Shown here one piece after another: positions 33,226 through 43,149 of a stretch of 64,000 nucleotides of DNA. Every line of letters starts with the position of its first letter. The first letter of the stretch is position 1. Origin of the DNA: an uncultured Eubacteriaceae bacterium (lineage in GTDB: Bacteria > Bacillota > Clostridia > Lachnospirales > CAG-274); assembly GCA_946495765.1 (NCBI GenBank), contig CAMMEG010000001.1:2263-66262 (forward strand), given 5' to 3'. Below the pieces are notes generated by a model that saw only the letters and a program-made list of their open reading frames with translations, did no database searches and was not told where the DNA came from. The position numbers were made by a program, and so were the translations under genes.

Positions 33226-33599
33226 AACAAAACCTCCTAAAACAATATAATATATATTATAGATACAAAAGTAAATGAAAAAGTTTTATAAAATAAAATC
33301 TAAATTAATACAGAAGGTTTTATTTTATAAATTTTTATATTAATAATAAATTGTTTTTAAAAATATCTTTATATATTTTATTATTTATATTAATTTATTA
33401 ATAATTTTTTATTTTATTTTTTCTAATGTAAACTTTATAATATTTATAGTTTAATTATAATTTAATAGTATAAAATTATCAAGATTAAGACAATAAAATA
33501 TTCATTTAAGGTATTAATTTATATCTATTAATGACAAAGCTAATAAAATATAAGGATTATTAATATAATTATTATGTAATAATAAAAAGGAGGTAAAAT

Positions 33600-34376
33600 A
33601 TGATAAAAAATATATATAAAATATTACTTGTTTTATGTATTATTATAGGTGTACTTATTTTTTTATATTATAAATATTACATAGCATTAGCTGAAGATAT
33701 ATTTAATATAAAACAAAAAATGGTACCATCACCTGTCATAGCTACTATAAATGAAGATTGTAACGTATATTTAGATGAAGAATTAAAAAACATTTTAACA
33801 ACTATCCAAAAAGGAGTGAATGTTGAAATATTAAAAGATAAAAGTAAAAAAATATACTATATAAAAAATGAAAAATTAAACATAAAAGGTTGGGTAACTA
33901 GAGATGACATATATATACCAGAAACACCAATAGCTAATACAGAATATTTAAAGGATATAGAAATAGAGGCATACATAAACTATTTAGGAATAGATAGTGA
34001 AACAGAGTATCTTATTTTTACAGACATATATAGACAGCTTACATATATATTAAAAGGGGAGCTTGAAAATTGGAAAGTCATAAAAACAATACCTTGTGGT
34101 ACAGGTGTAAATGAATCTCCAACCACTAGAGGAATTTTTAAAATAGGAGAAAAAGGCGAATGGTTTTATAGTGAAAGATTAGGAAGCGGGGGTATGTATT
34201 GGCTTAGGTTTAATGATTCATATCTTTATCACTCAGTAGCTATGGATAAAAATAAAAATGTAATAGATGATACAATAGGGCAAAGGTGTTCTAATGGATG
34301 TGTACGTATGAACATAGATGACATAAAATGGTTATATGACAATATAGAAAAAGGAACAACAGTATTTATAAATTAG
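33600..34376 (+). CDS. Membrane-anchored L,D-transpeptidase (YkuD family)
   Basis: TG...PT.RG.FKI, HS...SNGCVRM catalytic motif. Confidence 0.9.
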   Translation: MIKNIYKILLVLCIIIGVLIFLYYKYYIALAEDIFNIKQKMVPSPVIATINEDCNVYLDEELKNILTTIQKGVNVEILKDKSKKIYYIKNEKLNIKGWVTRDDIYIPETPIANTEYLKDIEIEAYINYLGIDSETEYLIFTDIYRQLTYILKGELENWKVIKTIPCGTGVNESPTTRGIFKIGEKGEWFYSERLGSGGMYWLRFNDSYLYHSVAMDKNKNVIDDTIGQRCSNGCVRMNIDDIKWLYDNIEKGTTVFIN

Positions 34377-34434
34377 TGTCAAACTAAAAAAAGGGTAATA
34401 TAATATATATAAGATAATATTTAGGAGGTATATT

Positions 34435-35142
34435 ATGCCTTTATTTTTTAATAATCCTTTTAATAATTTTCAAAATAGGTATTATAGAAATAATAACTTT
34501 ATGTTTAATAATGTACAAAATAATAACAGATTAGGATTTAATAATATGATAAATAATAATCATGTGAATTTTAATCCTATGATAAATAATAACCAAAATT
34601 TTAATAATCAAAATAATATTCAATCCGATGTTACTTTTAAACCTTTAACAGAGGAAGAACTTGAAAAAATAAATCAAGAAATACAAGAAAATGTAGAAAA
34701 AAATAAAAAAACCGTGGAAATTATTGAACAACCAAAAGAAAAAGATATAGTTTGTAAATATATAGAAGAACTTATTCAAGATGAAACTAATGCTAATAAA
34801 TTTTATAGCCAACTTTCTAATAAATGTAATATAAATATGTATAGAGATAGGTTAAAATATATAAGTGATGAATGTGTAACAGAATGTAATAACTTAAAAT
34901 CTTATTATAAAGATATAAATAAAGAAGAATTTAATCCTAAATCTATAGCTATAAATGCAAACATTCCTTTAAAAACAGGTTTACTTTTAGCAATAGAAGA
35001 AGAAATAAAAAGTTATGATAAATTATGTAAAATAGTGGATGACCTTCCACTACAAGATACAAGGATTTTTTATAAAATTGCATTAAAAAAATTAAGTAGA
35101 ATAAATTATATACAATATATGGCAATGAATGAGTATAGATAA
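34435..35142 (+). CDS. Asn-rich N-terminus plus ferritin-like domain (probable spore-associated protein)
   Basis: Low-complexity N/F/Q region, then IQDE.NA.KFY..L and AIEEE..SY four-helix-bundle motifs. Confidence 0.7.
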   Translation: MPLFFNNPFNNFQNRYYRNNNFMFNNVQNNNRLGFNNMINNNHVNFNPMINNNQNFNNQNNIQSDVTFKPLTEEELEKINQEIQENVEKNKKTVEIIEQPKEKDIVCKYIEELIQDETNANKFYSQLSNKCNINMYRDRLKYISDECVTECNNLKSYYKDINKEEFNPKSIAINANIPLKTGLLLAIEEEIKSYDKLCKIVDDLPLQDTRIFYKIALKKLSRINYIQYMAMNEYR

Positions 35143-35709
35143 AAATAGCCTATTTAATATAGGCTATTTTAAAATGTTAAAAATTAAATATATATTTAAG
35201 TATCAAAGCCTAAAATTTAATAAAATATAAGTATACTTAAAATATGTTTATGCTACTAGCATCAATAATAACAATATAGTTTAGTTTACATAATTCTTGA
35301 TTAAATACAATTGATATAAAACTAAAAATAAATAATATTATGGTAAGAAATATTAAATCAAAATTTATTTTATTGTTTTTATAATTTAATAAATAGAGAG
35401 AATATCATTTTTTCTTATTTGATTTAATGAATATTTTAGTAGTCATAATTTTAAAATGCTTTATTTAATCAATTTTTACATAAAATTTCACTATGCTTAC
35501 TAATTTAATTACAATTTTTATAAATTTTCATATTATCATTACCTATAAAATATTATATCATACTAAATTAATAGTTTAATATTTAAAATATGATGAAATT
35601 TAATATAATAAAAAATAATAATATATAGTTTATTAAATTATTTATAAATCTTTGATTTTTATGGAAAAATAATATATAATAATATAAACATATAAAAGGG
35701 AGGATTAAT

Positions 35710-37680
35710 ATGAATAAAGAAAAATTTTATATAACAACACCAATATATTATACAAATAATTATTTACACATAGGACATTCTTATTGTACTATTGCAACGG
35801 ATACAATGGCTAGATATAAAAAAATGCGTGGATATGATGTAAAATTCTTAACAGGCTCTGACGAACATGGACAAAAAATAGAAGAATCTGCAAAACAAAA
35901 AGGGATATCCCCAAAAGAGTATGTAGACCATATTACTAAACATATAAAAGAGCTTTGGAGTCTTTTAAACATAGATTATGATTATTACATTAGAACAACA
36001 GATGAAAAACATGTACAAACTGTTCAAAAAATATTTAAAACTTTATATGATAAAGGAGACATATATAAAGGGCATTATGAAGGTCTATATTGTACACCTT
36101 GTGAAACATTTTTTACAGAAAATCAGTTAAAAGAGGGTAAATGTCCAGACTGTGATAGAGAGGTGCAAAAAGTAAAAGAAGAAAGTTATTTCTTTAAACT
36201 TAGTAAATATCAGGATAGACTTATTAAACATATAGAAGAAAATGAAGATTTTATAAGTCCTTCATCCAGAAAAAATGAAATGTTAAATAACTTTTTAAGA
36301 CCAGGACTTGAAGACTTATGTGTATCTAGAACTTCTTTTAAATGGGGCATACCAGTAGAATTTGATAAAGAACATGTTGTATATGTTTGGATAGATGCTT
36401 TATCTAATTATATATCTGCACTTGGATATGGTACTGATAATGATAGTGATTTTAAAAAGTATTGGCCTGCTGATATACATGTTGTAGGTAAAGAAATAGT
36501 TAGATTTCATACTATTATTTGGCCAGCTATGCTTATGGCTTTGGATTTACCTTTACCAAAACAAATATTTGGACATGGTTGGTTACTTATAGATGGTGGC
36601 AAAATGAGTAAATCTAAAGGAAATGTAGTAGACCCTAAAGTTTTAGTAGACAGATATGGTGTAGATGCTATTAGATATTTCTTATTAAGAGAAGTTGCTT
36701 TTGGACAAGATGGTAACTTTACTAATAAAGCACTTATAGAAAGAATAAATTTTGATTTAGCTAATGACCTTGGAAATTTACTTTCTCGTACAGTTGGTAT
36801 GATAGATAAGTATTTTGAAGGGTCATTACCAAAAATTCAAGACAATAATGATAAATTAGAACAAGAAATAATAGATTTTTGTAGTGACATAGTTTTAAAA
36901 GTAGAAGATTATATGGATAAAATGCAATTTAGCAATGCGTTGACAGAAATATGGAGCTTAGTAAGACGAGTTAATAAATATATAGATGAGACAACTCCGT
37001 GGATTTTATCTAAAGATGAAACAAAAAAAGGAAAACTTGCAAATATTATGTATACTTTAGCAGAGTCTCTTAGAATAATAGGTATACTTATTAGTCCAGC
37101 TATGCCTAACACATCTAAATCTATATTTGAACAATTATCTATAAACAATCAAGATTTAAAAAGCTGGGATAGTACAAAATCATTTGGAATTTTACCAAAA
37201 GATTTAGTTATTAAAAAAGGCAATGTTATATTTCCAAGAATTGATATAGAAAAAGAATTGGAAGAACTTGAAGCTATGAGAGAGGCTACAAAATCTAAAA
37301 TTTCAGAAAATAATAAGACAGAAAATAATAAAATAGAAGAAAAAGAGCAAATAGGATTTGAAGACTTTTTAAAAATGGATTTTAAAATAGGTGAAGTTTT
37401 AGAATGTGAAAAAATAAAAAAATCTAATAAACTTTTAAAATCTCAAGTTAAAATAGGTGATAAAATTATACAAATAGTATCTGGTATAGCTAATTATTAT
37501 ACTCCAGAAGAAATGATTGGTAAAAGAGTTGTTGTTCTTACAAATTTAAAACCAGCTAAACTTTGTGGAGAAATATCTGAGGGTATGATTTTAGCAGCTA
37601 GTGATAGCGATAATAACTTAAAAATAATAACTGTTGAAGATAATGAAAATGTTATAAAAAGTGGTGCGGAGGTAAGATAA
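35710..37680 (+). CDS. metG: Methionine--tRNA ligase
   Basis: HIGH, KMSKS, C-terminal tRNA-binding domain. Confidence 0.99.
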   Translation: MNKEKFYITTPIYYTNNYLHIGHSYCTIATDTMARYKKMRGYDVKFLTGSDEHGQKIEESAKQKGISPKEYVDHITKHIKELWSLLNIDYDYYIRTTDEKHVQTVQKIFKTLYDKGDIYKGHYEGLYCTPCETFFTENQLKEGKCPDCDREVQKVKEESYFFKLSKYQDRLIKHIEENEDFISPSSRKNEMLNNFLRPGLEDLCVSRTSFKWGIPVEFDKEHVVYVWIDALSNYISALGYGTDNDSDFKKYWPADIHVVGKEIVRFHTIIWPAMLMALDLPLPKQIFGHGWLLIDGGKMSKSKGNVVDPKVLVDRYGVDAIRYFLLREVAFGQDGNFTNKALIERINFDLANDLGNLLSRTVGMIDKYFEGSLPKIQDNNDKLEQEIIDFCSDIVLKVEDYMDKMQFSNALTEIWSLVRRVNKYIDETTPWILSKDETKKGKLANIMYTLAESLRIIGILISPAMPNTSKSIFEQLSINNQDLKSWDSTKSFGILPKDLVIKKGNVIFPRIDIEKELEELEAMREATKSKISENNKTENNKIEEKEQIGFEDFLKMDFKIGEVLECEKIKKSNKLLKSQVKIGDKIIQIVSGIANYYTPEEMIGKRVVVLTNLKPAKLCGEISEGMILAASDSDNNLKIITVEDNENVIKSGAEVR

Positions 37681-38442
37681 ATGTATTTTGAAACTCATGC
37701 ACATTATGATGACAAAAAATTTGATGAAGATAGAAACGATATTTTGAATAGTCTAAAAGAAAATAATATAGAATATGTTGTAAATGTTGGCGCAGATATG
37801 AAATCTTCTTATGATAGTATAAAATTATCACAGCAGTATGATTTTATGTACGCTAGTGTAGGAGTTCATCCTCATGAGGCTAGAAATATGAAGGAAGAAG
37901 ATTATAAAATTTTAGAAAAATGGCTCCAGTATGATAAAGTGGTAGCATTAGGAGAAATAGGATTAGACTATTATTATGACTTTTCCCCTAGAGAGGTACA
38001 AAGAGAAGTTTTTAAAAAACAGCTAAAAATTTGTGAAAATATTACAAAACCTGTAATAATTCATTCTAGAGATGCAAATCAAGAAGTTTTTGATATAATA
38101 AAAGAAAGCAAAGTCAGAAAAGGTGTTATACATGCATTTTCTGGTAGTCTAGAAATGGCTTTAGAGTATATTAAATTAGGATTTTTTATAGGTGTAGGTG
38201 GAGTTTTAACTTTTAAAAATGCTAATAAGCTAGTAAATGTAGTGGAAAATATCCCTTTAGAACATATTTTAATAGAAACAGATTCACCATATTTATCACC
38301 CGTTCCAGTGAGAGGAACAAGAAATAATTCACAAAATTTGAAATATATAGTAGAAAAAATTAGTGAAATAAAACATATTGAAAAAGAAAATGTAGAAAAA
38401 ATAACGTTAGAAACGGCTAAAATGTTTTTTTGTATAAAATAA
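37681..38442 (+). CDS. tatD: TatD-family nuclease
   Basis: ETHAH, GVHPH, GEIGLDYYY, IETDSPY. Confidence 0.95.
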   Translation: MYFETHAHYDDKKFDEDRNDILNSLKENNIEYVVNVGADMKSSYDSIKLSQQYDFMYASVGVHPHEARNMKEEDYKILEKWLQYDKVVALGEIGLDYYYDFSPREVQREVFKKQLKICENITKPVIIHSRDANQEVFDIIKESKVRKGVIHAFSGSLEMALEYIKLGFFIGVGGVLTFKNANKLVNVVENIPLEHILIETDSPYLSPVPVRGTRNNSQNLKYIVEKISEIKHIEKENVEKITLETAKMFFCIK

Positions 38443-38454
38443 TCGATTAAAAAT

Positions 38455-38482
38455 TGTTGCATAAATGTTACGAATATGTTAA
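38455..38482 (+). promoter_or_regulatory. WalR-type direct repeats upstream of yabE-like gene
   Basis: TGTTGC-N5-TGTTAC-N5-TGTTAA. Confidence 0.55.
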
Positions 38483-38631
38483 GATATTATATGTAGTATT
38501 AAATATTTTATAATATAAATATTACATTTAAGTTAATAAATTTTAATATAACTTAATAAACAGGTTTAAACTATTAATAATATGGAAATAATATATAAAT
38601 ATATTTTAAACCTGCATAGGAGGAAGTATTA

Positions 38632-39696
38632 ATGTTTAAAAATTTATGTAACAATTTTTTTAAACTTACTAGAGTTAAAGTTAAAAAAATTCACATTTTT
38701 GTAAGCCTTGTTTTAGTCTTATCTACTTTTTGTGGTACTTTAACTGCATTTGCAGAAGGGCTTTATCAAGTTAAAGTAGTTATAGATGGTAAATGGTATG
38801 TTTACAATACTATGGATATGAAAGTTTCTGAGTTTTTTAAAGATAAAAATATAGAAATGTTTGAAAAAGATACAGTAGATATAAATCTTAATACAACAAT
38901 TAATAGAAATATGACTATAAATATTAATCGTGCCGAAAAAGTAATTTTTCTTATAGATGGTAAAAAAGAAGTTCCATTTGTTACAAATAATACTAAAGTA
39001 GGTGTTGTTATAAAAGAGTTTTGTGAAGAAACAAATCAAAAAGTTTACTTAGAAGAAGGTCAAAGTTCTGCTTCTACTGTAAAAAATGATATGATTATAA
39101 AAGTATCTTCTTTTAAAGAGGAAATAAAAACTAAAAAAGAAGAAATCCCATTTGAAACAAAAACAGTTGAAAACCCTGATCTACCAGAAGGTAAAGTTAA
39201 TGTTAAAACTAAAGGGGTAAATGGAGTTAAAGAAATAACTATAAAAGAAATATATAAAGATGATAAATTACAATCTACTGAAACTATAGAAGAAAAAGTG
39301 ACAAAACAACCCGTGGCAGAAATTATTCAAAAGGGAACTAAAAAGAATACAATAAAAACAGAAAAAGGTACTTTTGTTATTAATCAAAAAATAAATATGA
39401 AATCTACAGCATATACTGCTGGTCCAGAGTCTACAGGCAAAAGTCCAGGGGAATTAGGATATGGAATAACCGCATCTGGTATGAAAGCTCAAAAAGGAGT
39501 AGTAGCAGTAGATACTAAAGTTATACCTTTTGGAACACAATTATATATAGAAGGATATGGATATGCCATTGCTGGTGATACAGGTAGTGCTATAAAAGGA
39601 AATAAAGTAGATGTATTTTTTGATAGCTATAGTGACGCCATACAATATGGCGTAAGAAATGTAAATGTATATGTTTTAGGAGAAAAAGTAGCCTAG
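38632..39696 (+). CDS. YabE-like cell-wall protein (DUF348, G5, 3D domains)
   Basis: G5 (IPFET...GVNG), STAY...VAVDTKVIPFGT...AGDTGSAIKGNKVDVF; canonical position after metG-tatD. Confidence 0.92.
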   Translation: MFKNLCNNFFKLTRVKVKKIHIFVSLVLVLSTFCGTLTAFAEGLYQVKVVIDGKWYVYNTMDMKVSEFFKDKNIEMFEKDTVDINLNTTINRNMTININRAEKVIFLIDGKKEVPFVTNNTKVGVVIKEFCEETNQKVYLEEGQSSASTVKNDMIIKVSSFKEEIKTKKEEIPFETKTVENPDLPEGKVNVKTKGVNGVKEITIKEIYKDDKLQSTETIEEKVTKQPVAEIIQKGTKKNTIKTEKGTFVINQKINMKSTAYTAGPESTGKSPGELGYGITASGMKAQKGVVAVDTKVIPFGTQLYIEGYGYAIAGDTGSAIKGNKVDVFFDSYSDAIQYGVRNVNVYVLGEKVA

Positions 39697-39707
39697 TTTA
39701 TAAAAAT

Positions 39708-39748
39708 AATAAAAAGAACAATTAGTTTTACTAATTGTTCTTTTTATT
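39708..39748. terminator. Terminator (19-bp arms)
   Basis: aataaaaagaacaattagt-ttt-actaattgttctttttatt. Confidence 0.75.
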
Positions 39749-39936
39749 TAAGATAAAATATTAAAAGTCTAAATTTTTAGGGTATTTAGTCATTTAAGAT
39801 AAAATTTATCTTTGCTTATATAAAAAATAAAACTAAAACGATGTATATAAAGTATACAGAGCTAAACCTTAAATTTTATTAATATTTTGAATGTTATAAA
39901 TTAAAAATATTATATTATTTATAAAATGGTTTTGTT

Positions 39937-40422
39937 TTAATAATTATTAATCTTAAGTAAATTTAAAATTTTATAAAGTAGTATGGCTAAACAATAAAAT
40001 AAAATACAACCGAATAAATATCCTAATAAATTTAAAAATATAATATCTAGATCAAAAAATCCAACTCTAAAAATAAATTGAATAAATTCTAATAAAATAA
40101 TAAAAAAAGGTACAAAAAAATAATTTAAAAAATTAATTTTAAAAACTTTAAAGTAAAAAACAGCACCAAATGGAATAAAAGATAAAAAGTTAACAATAAG
40201 CAGTTTTAAATTATCATGTTCAATACAGTCATGTATAGTTTTTAAAAATGTAAGATTAATATTATAAAAGCCGTATTCAATACTTTGGCTTATTATTTGT
40301 CTAAGATTATAGTATTCACCATTAATAATATTTAACTTAGTTAAAATAATACCAATAGAATAAAAAACTAAAAGTAATTTAATGGTTGTATTTTTGTAAT
40401 ATGTAATATTAGATTTAATCAT
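39937..40422 (-). CDS. VanZ-family membrane protein
   Basis: NL.FLKTI, N...FIPFG, LEFIQ...VG.FD.D.I.LN.LG. Confidence 0.8.
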   Translation of the reverse strand: MIKSNITYYKNTTIKLLLVFYSIGIILTKLNIINGEYYNLRQIISQSIEYGFYNINLTFLKTIHDCIEHDNLKLLIVNFLSFIPFGAVFYFKVFKINFLNYFFVPFFIILLEFIQFIFRVGFFDLDIIFLNLLGYLFGCILFYCLAILLYKILNLLKINNY

Positions 40423-40430
40423 AACAAAAA

Positions 40431-40960
40431 TTAATATATAAGTCCATCAAAGGAATATATTTGAGTATCAGTTGCTTTAGAAAAACATATGTAATATAAA
40501 GTATCTTTGTCTAAATCGCTAAACTTAACAGTTCCACCATTTAATGAAACACTTTTACTTTCTACAGGTATGTTAGGGCCTTTTTTATATAGTTTAACAG
40601 TTATAGGAACACTTTGATTAGCCATGCCATTTTTATCAACATTAATTTTATTAACTTGTACATTAATATATTTAGTTCCTTTAAAAAAGTATTAGTATAG
40701 ACATTAACTTTCAATTCTTCAACATTAAAACCATAAGAAGTATTGTTTAAATCAACAAAAGAAGAACCAGTAGGTTTATTTGCACCTCTAGCAAGATTAT
40801 TTTCAGGTATTATATCAAAGTAATCATAGTTTGATGCAATAACTCGACTTTTGTTATAGTCTAAATTGTTATCAATATTGTCATTTGCATATATTGAGGT
40901 AATAGAACTATTGCTTAATAAAAAAGCAGAAGTTAATGTAACCCAAAAATTTTTTTTCAT
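40431..40960 (-). pseudogene. Secreted hypothetical protein split by a 1-nt frameshift
   Basis: ORFs 40601-40960 and 40431-40625 join into 176 aa if one base is added to the A6 run at 40683-40688. Confidence 0.7.
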
Positions 40961-41237
40961 AAATTAAATATACCTCTTTCAAATAAAATTATTATTATAA
41001 AATGATTGTAATTATTTTTTTATTACTGTCAATATACAAAACAACTAAATATTATAAAAATAATTACAAAAAATTACATATAATTAAACAAAAAGTATAA
41101 AAATAAAAAAAACTTTTAAATTAAAAATATATTAAAAAAATAAGTATAATTAACTTATGTTAAAGTATTAAAGACTTTTTATATAGTTTTATCATATGTT
41201 ATTTTATAGTATTAATAATATTATTATTTTAAACCCT

Positions 41238-41325
41238 TTATTGTTTATATAATTAAACTATAACTTTATTATTCAAAAGTTAAGTTTTCTTGAAAAACAA
41301 TAATAGGAATAGTTGTTTTTTATCT
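41238..41325 (+). repeat. Internally deleted copy of dispersed repeat
   Basis: ttattgtttatataattaaactataactttattattcaaaa...taataggaatagttgtttttta. Confidence 0.55.
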
Positions 41326-41401
41326 ATAAACTGTTTCTAATTTATATAGAGATTAAACTATAGTATGATGTACTAAAAGTTTTTTCTAATATTTTAAAAA
41401 A

Positions 41402-41431
41402 TTGACAAAATAGAATATGTTAGTGTATAAT
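41402..41431 (+). promoter_or_regulatory. SigmaA promoter
   Basis: TTGACA-18bp-TATAAT upstream of NlpC/P60 gene. Confidence 0.7.
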
Positions 41432-41483
41432 GTTGTAAATATATACTTTTATATAAATATATATACTAAGGAGGTAAATTGGT

Positions 41484-42581
41484 TTGAAGGTTAATATAGC
41501 AACCAAAATTTCTGTAATAACATTAACTTTATTAATTAATAGTGTTCCAGTATATGCTACAAATGTCATTACCGCTACATCTACAAATAGTATAAATCAA
41601 AGTAATATATCAGTTATATCTTCTAAAGATGGAGAATCCATATCTAAAATGAGTAGCCTAGACTCTGTTTTTAGAATATCTTTTACAGATAATAACTACA
41701 TTACAACAAAATTTGCTAAAATTACTAATACAAGAAATAGTCAAAATTATGTTCCAGTTTATTCAGAGGCATCTAATAATAGTACAGCAATAGGGTCTAT
41801 ACTAGTGGATTCTACAGTTGTAATAGGAAAACAAGCAGGAGAATTTTCACAAATATTTTTTGATGAAAGAATAGGATATGTAGAAAATATTTATCTTGTT
41901 AGTTCAAATCCTGAAGAAAAATCAATACAAACAAATAATACACAAAATAATAATAGCGAAAATGATAAATTAACAGGTAAATATGTAAAAATAGCATCAA
42001 GTTCAGGGCTTAACCTTAGAGAGCAAGCTACAACTTCATCTAAAGTTTTAAGTGTTATTCCTTCTGGCACATATGTAGATTTATTGGAGGATAGTGGAAG
42101 TTGGTTAAAAGTTAAATATAATGGTAAATCAGGTTATATAAGTGCTGGATTTGGATATATTACTGACAAAAAAGAAATAACTACAACTAGTTCACAAGCA
42201 ACGGCGGATAATATTATAAATTTTGCTAAATCACATTTAGGTAAACCATATATATATGGTAGCACTAATCTTAATGTTGGGACAGACTGTTCAGGTTTTA
42301 CATATGCAGTATTTAAACAATTTGGTATAAATATTAATCGTGTATCTAAAGACCAGTATTTAAATGGTACTCCAGTCCAAAAAACAAATCTTTTACCAGG
42401 AGATTTAGTATTTTTTAATACAGGTGGTAATACACAAATATCTCATGTTGGTATATATATAGGAAATAATCAATATATACATTGTACAGATAGTAAAAAT
42501 CAGGGAGTTATAATATCTAGTTTAAATAGTGATTATGCATTAAAAACTTATTATGGTGCAAAAAGAGTTATTACACAATAG
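41484..42581 (+). CDS. NlpC/P60 peptidoglycan hydrolase with SH3b domains
   Basis: LNLRE...W.KVKY.GK.GY SH3b; GKPYIYG, DCSGF, PGDLVFF, SHVGIY. Confidence 0.94.
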   Translation: MKVNIATKISVITLTLLINSVPVYATNVITATSTNSINQSNISVISSKDGESISKMSSLDSVFRISFTDNNYITTKFAKITNTRNSQNYVPVYSEASNNSTAIGSILVDSTVVIGKQAGEFSQIFFDERIGYVENIYLVSSNPEEKSIQTNNTQNNNSENDKLTGKYVKIASSSGLNLREQATTSSKVLSVIPSGTYVDLLEDSGSWLKVKYNGKSGYISAGFGYITDKKEITTTSSQATADNIINFAKSHLGKPYIYGSTNLNVGTDCSGFTYAVFKQFGININRVSKDQYLNGTPVQKTNLLPGDLVFFNTGGNTQISHVGIYIGNNQYIHCTDSKNQGVIISSLNSDYALKTYYGAKRVITQ

Positions 42582-42633
42582 ACAAATATAAAAAATAGTA
42601 TCTATATAGATACTATTTTTTATATTTGTCTAT
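42578..42633. repeat. Perfect 56-bp palindrome with no spacer at convergent gene ends
   Basis: atagacaaatataaaaaatagtatctat|atagatactattttttatatttgtctat. Confidence 0.9.
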
Positions 42634-43137
42634 AATAAGTTTCGCTATATCTATGTTTTTTTTACCAGTTTCCATACTCTTTTTTTGAATATATTTATGA
42701 GCCAAAGGTTCAGTAAAATTTTTATATAATATTAGAAGATTTTTAGCCTCTTCTATAAGTTTGATTTTATTTTTTTTAATATTTTCATTATTTTTATATC
42801 TAGCAATGTCTATAGCATTAATAATATCTTCTTGTCTAATAGGAGTAGATAACTTGTATGTTTTTTCATCGTTGTACATGTTTAATTTATCTGTACTACC
42901 TAATAAAATAAATATGAAATTTTGATAAAAGTCTTCTATTATATTATATATAGGTTCATCTATAAATGTAACACCACATATAATAATACCATTTTCACAA
43001 TAAGAACAGCATTTTCTAATATTAGCACCTGTTTTACATATATAATCATAGTTTATACCATTTTTATTTAAAATAGAGCTAATGTTATTACATATTTTAT
43101 CAGATGAAAAAGCAATTATAATATTATTTTTAGCCAT
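42613..43137 (-). CDS. ANTAR-domain RNA antiterminator with degenerate receiver-like N-terminus
   Basis: IEEAK.LL....FTEP.AHKYIQKKSM.TG ANTAR motif; RBS ggag supports ATG 43137. Confidence 0.85.
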   Translation of the reverse strand: MAKNNIIIAFSSDKICNNISSILNKNGINYDYICKTGANIRKCCSYCENGIIICGVTFIDEPIYNIIEDFYQNFIFILLGSTDKLNMYNDEKTYKLSTPIRQEDIINAIDIARYKNNENIKKNKIKLIEEAKNLLILYKNFTEPLAHKYIQKKSMETGKKNIDIAKLIIDKYKK

Positions 43138-43149
43138 AAAAATCTCCAA

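Noticed and set aside
35143-35709. T-box or SAM riboswitch upstream of metG
   Set aside because: Region is extremely AT-rich; no T-box GGTGG-ACC antiterminator or S-box core visible
41431-41450. tgttgtaaatatatactttt (minus strand reads KVY...ACAACA) as partner att site
   Set aside because: No open frame, start or RBS upstream on the minus strand; it lies within the NlpC/P60 promoter region
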